Below are positions 1 through 7,300 of a stretch of DNA of 13,478 nt, piece by piece (the first letter of the stretch is position 1; each line of letters begins with the position of its first letter). Made by a program: the position numbers and the translations under genes. A model generated the notes under the pieces. The model did no database searches, was not told the DNA's origin, and saw nothing but the letters and a program-made list of their open reading frames with translations. Origin of the DNA: Methanobacteriota archaeon (GTDB lineage: Archaea > JACRDV01); the NCBI GenBank assembly GCA_024860865.1, contig JACRDV010000047.1:1-13478 (forward strand), written 5' to 3'.

Positions 1-231
1 ATCGTGATTCGAGTAAAATATTTATTCGCTAATTCATAACTAATGTTTCAATATATTTTAAAAATTATTTATTGATGATACCTTGCCCCTTTCATCTATT
101 ATGGTTAACTGGAATTAAGTTAACTTTTTTTCATTTTTTTCTGTTATGCTATTCGCCATTTTACACCTTTATTGTTTGGGATGAACGATATTTTTTATTG
201 AACAAAAAGTTTTCTTATGAGAAATTTCAGG

Positions 232-333
232 CGCCCCAGTCGGGATTCGAACCCGAGTCGCAGGCTCGACAGGCCTGCATTCTAGGCTTGAACGTGCAAT
301 CCAAGACTTCCTAGGCCTCTAGACTACTGGGGC
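232..333 (-). tRNA. tRNA-Asp (anticodon GUC) with a 29-nt non-canonical intron in the D-arm (between positions 24/25)
   Basis: Minus-strand read: acceptor GCCCCAG/CTGGGGC, discriminator G, T-arm TCGGG-TTCGAAT-CCCGA, anticodon arm CAGGC-CTGTCGA-GCCTG. The gene is 102 nt. Removing 280..308 gives a 73-nt cloverleaf with D-stem GTCT/GGAT (G10:U25). CC but no full CCA is encoded. Confidence 0.9.
280..308 (-). other. tRNA-Asp intron (BHB-bounded, 29 nt)
   Basis: Central 4-bp helix CUAG/CUAG. 3-nt bulges GAA (5' strand) and AAU (3' strand). Inner helix G(U)CUUG/CAAGC. Outer helix of only 2 bp (GC/GC). Cutting after the 2nd bulge nucleotide on each strand gives the canonical cloverleaf. Confidence 0.75.
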
Positions 334-355
334 ACAAAATAAAGTAATTTGAGAT

Positions 356-363
356 AATTTAAA
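356..363 (-). promoter_or_regulatory. TATA box (TTTAAATT) at -30..-23 of tRNA-Asp
   Basis: Same octamer at the same distance as upstream of the 5S gene. Typical archaeal TATA spacing. Confidence 0.5.
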
Positions 364-366
364 AAC

Positions 367-699
367 CTATCGTGCCTTGGCCTTAACTCCTTTCACACGG
401 GGAGGTTTTGTGGTTAAAAGGGTTTTTAAGCCAGTCGCTTCTTTAACAAAAGAATTATACCGATTAATCGCATCTTTAAACATCTCTGGATTTACCCCTT
501 CAGTCTGAGTTTCAGTTTGGCAAAAAAGTTTCTCTTCTTGCACTTCTACCACAAGTTTTCTCAAAGCTCCATAATTTTCCATGACATTTTTTCCATCATC
601 TGTCTCGTAGATCTTTGAGTTTGGAAAGTATTTTTGAAGAAGGCCGGGGATTTCTCTTAAAACGCTTTTATAACCTTTCTTAAGAGAATAACCTTTCAT
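367..699 (-). CDS. hypothetical protein (110 aa, basic C-terminus)
   Basis: Intact ORF with protein-like composition, co-oriented between the tRNA-Asp and 5S genes. I recognise no family. Confidence 0.5.
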   Translation of the reverse strand: MKGYSLKKGYKSVLREIPGLLQKYFPNSKIYETDDGKNVMENYGALRKLVVEVQEEKLFCQTETQTEGVNPEMFKDAINRYNSFVKEATGLKTLLTTKPPRVKGVKAKAR

Positions 700-724
700 G
701 CAAAGCCCCGAAATAATAATTAGT

Positions 725-878
725 GGGCTGGCAGCTATCTAGGCTTCGCGTAGGCTCTCGCACTACACTACCACCTAGAACGTGGGCGGACTTAACTTCC
801 GGGATCAGAACGAGTCCGGGTCTAGCCCCGCCACTGTGGCCGTTCAAATCAATGAACTATGGCCGCCATACCCAGCCC
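725..878 (-). rRNA. 5S rRNA, 154 nt as encoded, with a 23-nt BHB-bounded insert near the 5' end
   Basis: Minus strand contains GGCGGCCAT...AGTGGCGGGGCTAGACCCGGACTCGTTCTGATCCCGGAAGTTAAGTCCGCCCACGTTCTAGGTGG...GCCTAGATAGCTGCCAGCCC. The conserved CCCGGAAGTTAAG core is present. Terminal helix is GGGCTGG/CCAGCCC plus GGCGGC/GCTGCC. Confidence 0.92.
836..858 (-). other. putative intron or insertion within the 5S rRNA (AGTTCATTGATTTGAACGGCCAC)
   Basis: 4-bp helix GGCC(861..864)/GGCC(838..841), flanked on opposite strands by 3-nt bulges AUA and ACA. Then a 5-bp helix GUUCA/UGAAC with a 6-nt loop. Excision restores the canonical GGCGGCCAU-AGUGGCGGGG. Confidence 0.5.
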
Positions 879-900
879 ATTTAAAGGTTAAAAGTTGTTT

Positions 901-908
901 AATTTAAA
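901..908 (-). promoter_or_regulatory. TATA box (TTTAAATT) at -30..-23 of the 5S rRNA
   Basis: AT-rich upstream region. Octamer and spacing are identical to the tRNA-Asp promoter. Confidence 0.5.
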
Positions 909-940
909 TTTTTCTTTAGTCAATTTCAGTATCAAATAAG

Positions 941-1256
941 TGGTCCCGGCAGTCGGATTTTCATTCAAGAGGTATTAAGCTATTAATCCTGCTAATGTAT
1001 TTCACTCTTGTTCGCAGCTTTCTTTTGATATGTACACATTTCTTAAAATTTTAGAAATGCTTTTATGGCGATTTCATGCTTGACACGAACTCTATTTGCC
1101 TCCGGATACTTGCCCTTTCGCGTTCCTTTGCACCAATATAATATGGTTCCAATTGATCCCAGTTCTTCTTCATCATTTATGATTTGCCTCTTGAAATTTG
1201 AACCGACGACCAAGCGGTCTACAGCCGCCCGCTCTGCCAGGCTGAGCTATGCCGGG
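941..1256 (-). tRNA. tRNA-Tyr (anticodon GUA) with a 239-nt intron in the T-loop (59/60); CCA encoded
   Basis: 5' exon 1197..1256: CCCGGCA-TA-GCTC-AGCCTGGCA-GAGC-G-GGCGG-CTGTAGA-CCGCT-TGGTC-GTCGG-TTCAAA. 3' exon 941..957: T-CCGAC-TGCCGGG-A-CCA. It has C1:G72 and A73, the archaeal/eukaryal Tyr identity set. Confidence 0.9.
958..1196 (-). other. tRNA-Tyr intron, 239 nt, canonical hBHBh' motif
   Basis: Outer helix h is GUCGG/CCGAC (the T-stem). Central helix H is UUCA/UGAA (4 bp). Both bulges are AAU (3 nt). Inner helix h' is UUCAAGAGG/CCUCUUGAA (9 bp). Cutting after the 2nd bulge nucleotide yields the T-loop UUCAAAU. Confidence 0.85.
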
Positions 1257-1282
1257 ATATTAATTATATTTAGAAGAAGCGC

Positions 1283-1289
1283 TTTTAAA
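1283..1289 (-). promoter_or_regulatory. TATA-like box (TTTAAAA) about -33..-27 of tRNA-Tyr
   Basis: AT-rich element at a plausible archaeal distance from the mature 5' end at 1256. Confidence 0.4.
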
Positions 1290-1339
1290 TTATTTTTGTT
1301 AACAGTTTTTTTATAAATCAGGACTTTTGGAGGATAATT

Positions 1340-1861
1340 TTGGAACTATTTGAAGCAATTAAAAACAGGCGCAGTATAAGGGCTTTTAAGGACAAACCAG
1401 TTCCTGAAGAAAAACTGATGAAAATTTTAGAGGCAGCTCGCTGGGCTCCCTCAGCCGGCAACCTCCAGGCTTGGGAATTTATTGTGGTTAAAGAGCAGAA
1501 GCTTAAGGAACAAGTTGCAACAGCCGCTTTATCCCAATGGTTTATCGCTGAGGCACCTGTAGCTGTTGTGGTATGTGCGAACCAAAACCGCTCTGCAAGG
1601 AGATATGGTGAGAGGGGAAGAGAGCTATACTCAATACAAGATGCGACCTTAGCAACGCAAAATATGATACTAGCAGCCCATGCAGAGGGATTAAGCTCTT
1701 GCATAGTAGGGGCTTTCTATGAAGAAGAAGTTAGAAGAGTCCTAAAAATCCCTGAAGGAGTGAGGCCAATAGCAATTATACCAATTGGATACCCTGGTGA
1801 AAGGCCAGAAGCACCAGAGAGATATGAGTTAAGCAAAGTTGTCCATCGCAACGGATACTAG
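1340..1861 (+). CDS. nitroreductase-family flavoprotein (173 aa)
   Basis: N-terminus MELFEAIKNRRSIRAF, then WAPSAGNLQAW and a C-terminal IPIGYP, typical of the nitroreductase fold. TTG start with GGAGG 6 nt upstream (1329..1333). Confidence 0.85.
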   Translation: MELFEAIKNRRSIRAFKDKPVPEEKLMKILEAARWAPSAGNLQAWEFIVVKEQKLKEQVATAALSQWFIAEAPVAVVVCANQNRSARRYGERGRELYSIQDATLATQNMILAAHAEGLSSCIVGAFYEEEVRRVLKIPEGVRPIAIIPIGYPGERPEAPERYELSKVVHRNGY

Positions 1862-2589
1862 GCTTGATAGGCCTCTTCGCCAGGAAATATTGCAATGCCT
1901 TCTGGAGTAATTTCAAATGGATATCTTCGCGTGCTGTGTTTTATCCCCCTCATCTTTAACACAATTAAGTTTCTCTTCAGTTCTGCTCCAATTTCACTCA
2001 AAGAAAAATTAACAATGCCGTGGCAAATAAACTCTTCAACTCCAAATTTGCTAATCCTTTGGCCATTTGCTTCCGTAGTCATTAAAGTTGTGCAACCAGT
2101 ATCCTCAAGTAGCGCCCCTAATCTTAAAAGCTCACGGCGCAAAGCGATTGGGGTGTCATACTGCAACATCAAAGCTGGTAGCGAGTCTACCACTATTCTT
2201 TTTGCATTTATTTTTTGAACAATATTGTCAATTGTTGTAATTAAAGAATCGACATCAGAAGGTTTAGTTATGATGTATTTTTCATTGCTTGGGACTCCTA
2301 GGCGTGCCGCTGAGGCATCAATAATTGCGAGCTTATTTTGCTCCTCCAGCTTCTTAAGATCCCAACCAAAATTGCTTATGAATCTTCGGATATCTTTTGG
2401 GCGCTCTTCTAAAGCAACAAAAATTCCAGGCTCTTTGAATTCGATGACTCCTTTATACAAGAATTGCACACAAAATATGCTCTTGCCAGTTCCAGTTCCT
2501 CCAGAGACCAAGATAATCGACCCTGCTGGGAAACCACCGCCTATTATAGTATCTAGGCCTAAAACTCCAGTTTTAGAACGATCGACCAC
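1858..2589 (-). CDS. single-domain KaiC/RecA-superfamily ATPase (243 aa)
   Basis: Walker A GGTGTGKS. Layout LGLDTIIGGGFPAGSIILVSG...IVVDS...LKMRG matches the KaiC-like family. GTG start preceded by AAGGAG. Its stop overlaps the nitroreductase stop (CTAG). Confidence 0.85.
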   Translation of the reverse strand: MVDRSKTGVLGLDTIIGGGFPAGSIILVSGGTGTGKSIFCVQFLYKGVIEFKEPGIFVALEERPKDIRRFISNFGWDLKKLEEQNKLAIIDASAARLGVPSNEKYIITKPSDVDSLITTIDNIVQKINAKRIVVDSLPALMLQYDTPIALRRELLRLGALLEDTGCTTLMTTEANGQRISKFGVEEFICHGIVNFSLSEIGAELKRNLIVLKMRGIKHSTRRYPFEITPEGIAIFPGEEAYQA

Positions 2590-2819
2590 TTAAATCTCCT
2601 TGAAATTTATTGTGATTAAAATCTACAACCGGTTTTTTATAATTTTTCATTTTATCTTCATAATTTAGGTTTGTTTGTTCTTTAAATCATTTAAAACGGA
2701 TAGAATTACCCCTTCGTTTACTACAATGTCTTACCTTTGTCAATAACCGCTAAGAAAGCCTATGCATAGTTTTTTATAAACTCAATATATTATTCTAAGA
2801 CTCACAGGAGTTTGAGCCA

Positions 2820-3929
2820 TTGCACCCAGCTGGTCTCGTGCGCACTGCAAAGGATGAAGGTTTTGCCTCCCTTGAAGGCAGAGTAGTTTTATCTGGCCTC
2901 TGTTATAGCTGTGGATTGTGTGTTGCAGTTTGTCCCGAAAATGTAATAGAAATGATTGTTGAAATGCCGACTTTAAAAGGGAACTGCACCCATTGTGGAG
3001 ACTGTTTTGTAGAATGTCCTAAAAGTTATCTTCCCATTAAAGAGATTCAAGAGAATTTATTTGGAGACACTCAATCCTTTGAACAATCTATTGGATATTA
3101 TCAAAAAATATTTAGCGCTCAAACCAAGCGAAAAAAAATTCTTGGTGTATCACAGTCTGGTGGAGTTGTAACAACTCTGCTAACTTCAGCTCTTGACCAG
3201 AACTTGATCAATGGAGCACTCGTAACTGCTTTGGAAGGGGAATGGGGACCTAAGCCCACAATCGCCAGAACCTATCCAAAATTGTTGGAATCTGCGCGCT
3301 CAAAATATACTGTGAATTCAATTCTAACGGCACTAAAAGAAGTTGGGGCAGAAGATGAAATTGCAGTAGTGGGATTACCTTGTCATGTTCAAGCGCTCAG
3401 AAAACTTCAAGTAAGTTCATCTTCGCCTAAGATTTTGAATCGAATAAAAATTTTAATTGGTCTTTTTTGCTCTTCTAGCTTCACTTCTTCATTTTTAGAA
3501 TATATTAGAAAGAAAAATAGCATAGAGTTATCTCAAATTAAAAAATTCGATATAAGCAAAGGCAATGTATACTTAACCGTTGGAGCCGAAAAAATTTGTT
3601 TTCCTTTGAAGGAAGTGAGCCCTTACAAACCAACAGGTTGTAGGCTTTGTTTCGATTTCACATCTGAGCTTGCAGATATTTCAGTAGGTTCAGAAGGAGC
3701 GCAAACAGATTGGTCAGCTGTTATAATAAGAACCGAAAAAGGTCTAGAATTTTTTGAGCAATGCCAAGATTGCTTTAAAATTTCTAATGAAGTCGACTTA
3801 GAGACTATAAAAAAGCGGGCAACGAAAAAGAAACTAAGTTTTCAAAAAGATGCGAATAAATTGATAAGCAAATCGCTCAACTTCCCATTAAAGACGCTTT
3901 TCGATTTTTCAAGGGAATTTAAATTTTAG
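2820..3929 (+). CDS. FrhB/FdhB-family (F420 hydrogenase/dehydrogenase beta-like) Fe-S flavoprotein with N-terminal 2x[4Fe-4S] domain
   Basis: CYSCGLCVAVCP and CTHCGDCFVECP, then SQSGGVVTTLL, GLPCHVQAL, GLFCSS and CRLCFDFTSELADISVG. TTG start with AGGAG 9 nt upstream, so the exact start is uncertain. Confidence 0.8.
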   Translation: MHPAGLVRTAKDEGFASLEGRVVLSGLCYSCGLCVAVCPENVIEMIVEMPTLKGNCTHCGDCFVECPKSYLPIKEIQENLFGDTQSFEQSIGYYQKIFSAQTKRKKILGVSQSGGVVTTLLTSALDQNLINGALVTALEGEWGPKPTIARTYPKLLESARSKYTVNSILTALKEVGAEDEIAVVGLPCHVQALRKLQVSSSSPKILNRIKILIGLFCSSSFTSSFLEYIRKKNSIELSQIKKFDISKGNVYLTVGAEKICFPLKEVSPYKPTGCRLCFDFTSELADISVGSEGAQTDWSAVIIRTEKGLEFFEQCQDCFKISNEVDLETIKKRATKKKLSFQKDANKLISKSLNFPLKTLFDFSREFKF

Positions 3930-3931
3930 GC

Positions 3932-3936
3932 AAAAA
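3932..3936 (-). terminator. oligo-T tract (TTTTT) directly after the mvhD stop; possible operon terminator
   Basis: Minus strand reads TAA-TTTTTG. Archaeal termination commonly uses T-runs. The gap to the convergent gene is only 7 nt. Confidence 0.35.
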
Positions 3937-4341
3937 TTATTTCTTTAGTGGGTTAGGGCCTATCTCAGTTATCTCTTCTGTAAACTCCTTAACAACACTC
4001 GCGAATTTTGCTCCTTCAGATGCAGAAACCCACTCTAACCTTAATCTTTCAGAGCCGAATCCAACTAATTCTAAAATTTGTTTTAAATCATTAATTCTCT
4101 TCTCAGCCTTCAGGTTTCCATCGCTGTAATGGCAATCACCCGGATGACAACCACAGACTAGAACTCCATCTGCACCTAACTCAAAGGCCTCAAGTATAAT
4201 AGCTGAGTCAACTCTGCCGCTGCACATCACTCGAATAACCCTTATTGAAGGGGGATATTGGAATCTACTAACGCCAGCTGTATCTGCCCCTCCGTATCCG
4301 CACCAGCTGCAGAGGAAGGTGACTATTTTTGGATATTTCAC
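3937..4341 (-). CDS. mvhD: MvhD-type [2Fe-2S] subunit, all-Cys version (134 aa)
   Basis: FLCSWCGYGGADTAG...RVMCSGRV...GVLVCGCHPGDCHY is the methyl-viologen-reducing hydrogenase delta subunit signature. GTG start 2 nt after the hdrA stop. Confidence 0.85.
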   Translation of the reverse strand: MKYPKIVTFLCSWCGYGGADTAGVSRFQYPPSIRVIRVMCSGRVDSAIILEAFELGADGVLVCGCHPGDCHYSDGNLKAEKRINDLKQILELVGFGSERLRLEWVSASEGAKFASVVKEFTEEITEIGPNPLKK

Positions 4342-4343
4342 AA

Positions 4344-7300
4344 TTATTCCTCTAAGAATGCCTTTACCATTGAGCGAATTTGAATCGTTTCAAATCCTTT
4401 CTGTGAAAGTGCACCAGTAGGACATGTTGGAACACAGCCACCACAACCTTTGCAGATTACCTCTTCAACGTCAGCTTTTGAAATACCAGGTTTAATTTCT
4501 TTAAGTTTTATAGCATTGAATGAACAAATTTTTACGCACTGGCCGCATCCGATACAGACATCGATGTCGACAAACGTTGTAAGAGCTTCAAGTTTAATTT
4601 TCCCTTTTGCCATCGGGACAATTGCTCTAGATGCAGCTCCGCATGCTTGTGAAACAGAATCTGTAATATCCTTTGGGCCTTGGGCACATCCGCATAAGTA
4701 AATTCCATCGGACATGAATTCAACTGGTCTTAACTTGGCATGTGCTTCTGCAAAAAAACCGTCCGGGCTTCTAGGAACTTTTAGTGTTTTAGATAATGTT
4801 TCGGCATCTTCGGTTGGAACCAGAGGAGTTGAAAGTATAATGTAATCAGCATCTAGTTCAATTTCTCGCCTTAACACGTTATCGAAAACAAGCACCTTGC
4901 CATCATTTACAGAGGGTGGTTTTTCCGGCTCGTATTTTAGGAAATTGACGCCTATTTCCTGTGTTTTTTCATAGTATTCTTCATGCTTCTTTCCAAAACT
5001 TTGGATATCTCGATAGCAGATAGAAACATCACAATTTGGATACATTTCCTTTATTGTTTGTGCATTTTTTAATGCAACTGCACAACAAACTCTAGAGCAG
5101 TAAGTCCTTCCATTTTCTTCGCGCGCCCCTACACATTGAATCATAACAATATTCTTAGGGTTCTTAAGTTCATGGTTAGCAAGCTTTTGTTCTAGTTCAA
5201 GTTGAGTCATAACATTTGGATGTTTACCATAACCAAACATACCATTCGGTTTGAATTCTTGAGAACCAGTTGCAACAACTATTGTTCCAACTTTAACTAA
5301 AATATCTTGGTCTTCTCTTGAAATTTTCACGTCGAAATTTCCGATATATCCAACTACTTCTTTAACTGTTGAAGAAGTTAAAAGCTCGATGTTATTGTGT
5401 TCCTTTACTTTTTTAATAATTGGCTCGAGAACATCCTTTGAGTATCCATTGGTCGGGAATACTTTATAGATTTCTTTTAACAATCCTCCTGGTTCGGATT
5501 TTTTATCCACCAAATAGACCTTAAATCCTTGGTCAGCTATGTTCAGTGCAGCCATCATACCTGAGATTCCAGCTCCAATTACAAGGGCAGAGGGTATAAC
5601 TGGAATTTCCTTTTCTTCTTGCGGCCTGAGTAATCTTGCTTTTGCAGCCGCCATTCTTAGCTGATCTTTTGCTCGTTCGGTTGCTTCTTGCGGCTCATGC
5701 GTGTGAACCCAAGAAGAGTGTTCTCGGATGTTTGCCATTTCAAAGAGATACGGATTTAATCCGCCTTCTTTTAGCGTTCCTCTGAACAATACTTCGTGAG
5801 TTCTTGGAGTGCAGGAGGCAACTACAACTCGATTTAGGTTATAATCATTAATTGCCTTCTTAATTTGAGTTTGAGCATCATCAGCACAAGCATACACGGT
5901 ATTAGTTGCATAAACAACATTTGGCAAAGATTTTGCGTGATTAACAACTTCAGGAATGTTAACAACGCCTGCTATGTTAGTTCCGCAATGACAGACAAAA
6001 ACTCCAATTCTCGGTTCTTCTTCTATAGTTACCAATTTTTCAAGTGGAAATATTTTCTCTTTAATTAAGGTACCTCTAGCTTCAGCAATCGGAATGACTG
6101 CTCTAGCTGCCGCCCCACTCCCCTGTGCGACAGAGTCCGGGATATCTTTAGGTCCTTGAGCAGTTCCGCAAATGTAGATGCCAGGTATTGCTGTATCCAT
6201 TGGAGCTGTTTTCAAGTCTTTTTCTTTAAAAAATCCGTTCTCATCGAGCTCAGTATTTAAAATTTGAGCTAGTTTTTCGGCATTATTTTGTTTGACTAAA
6301 CCACAAGAGAGAACAACCATATCGGCTTCAAATTTTTTGTATTCGCTTGTTACAGTATCAATATATTTTATTATGAGATTATTTGTTTTTGTATCCTCTT
6401 GTATATCGGATACTCTGGCACGAATGTAGTTTATTCCATATTCATCTCGAGCGCGCTGGACATATTCTTGAAATGCCTTTCCATATGCTCTGAGATCCAT
6501 AAAGAAAATTGTAATTTCTAAATTTCGATTGTGCTCTTTTGCAATTATTGCCTCCTTTGTTGCATACATGCAGCAGACTCTGGAGCAGTATGGATTTCCG
6601 ATTTTTTCATCTCTTGAGCCGACACATTGGATAAAAGCAATGTTTTTTGGCTCCTGACCGTCAGAAAACTTGATAACGTGACCCTGCGTGGGTCCACTTG
6701 CACTGAGTAACCTCTCAAATTCAAGCGAGGTGATTACATTTTTGTAAATTCCAAATTTATAGACAGATTTTTTAGCAGCATCAAAAACAGCATGGCCTGT
6801 TGAAACTATTATAGCTCCGACATTAATTTGGATCTCTTGTGGCTCTTGCTGGAAGTTAATCGCTTTTTTATCGCACACAAATTCACAGCTTCGACATTCG
6901 ATGCAAAAGTCCTTGTAAATTGTATAAACAGCTGGAACAGCTTGGGGAAATGGCAGCCCAATTACTTTTTGAGCTCCAATATTTGAGTCAAATTCATTCG
7001 GAATCAGCACCGGGCATTTCTCTGCGCATAAGCCGCAGCCATTGCAGGTCTTCTCATCGACATACCTTGGGTTTTTCTGGATTTTTATGCGGAAGTTGCC
7101 GACATGGCCTTTGACCTCCTTAACTTCAGCATAGGTTATTAGCTCGATGTTGGGGTGCCTTGCAACTTCTACCATTTTTGGAGCCAAAATACACATTGAG
7201 CAATCGTTTGTTGGGAAAGTCTTATCAAGCTGAGCCATTCCCCCTCCGATGCTTGGATTTTTTTCAACAAGGTAAACTTTGAGACCAGATTCAGCTAGAT

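Noticed and set aside
72-314. Plus-strand ORF (80 aa) from the track
   Set aside because: It overlaps the minus-strand tRNA-Asp and its low-complexity AT-rich flank. It shows no protein-like features.
1165-1180. C/D-box sRNA in the tRNA-Tyr intron (AAUGAUGA looks like a C box)
   Set aside because: I found no CUGA D or D' box anywhere in the intron, and no terminal kink-turn pairing. The C-box-like motif is also the AUGAUG start of the small ORF.
1065-1704. Track ORFs 1065..1316 (+) and 1318..1704 (-)
   Set aside because: The first lies antisense to the tRNA-Tyr exon and intron. The second lies antisense to the well-supported nitroreductase gene. Both look like shadow ORFs.
1895-2593. Plus-strand ORFs 1895..2218 and 2225..2593
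   Set aside because: They are antisense shadows of the KaiC-like ATPase gene. Their composition is low-complexity Ser/Leu/Ile/Phe-rich.
7036-7105. The 70-nt identical tract as a SECIS or other functional RNA
   Set aside because: It occurs equally in the all-Cys paralogue, which needs no SECIS. I could not fold it into a convincing stem-loop. Gene conversion is the simpler explanation.
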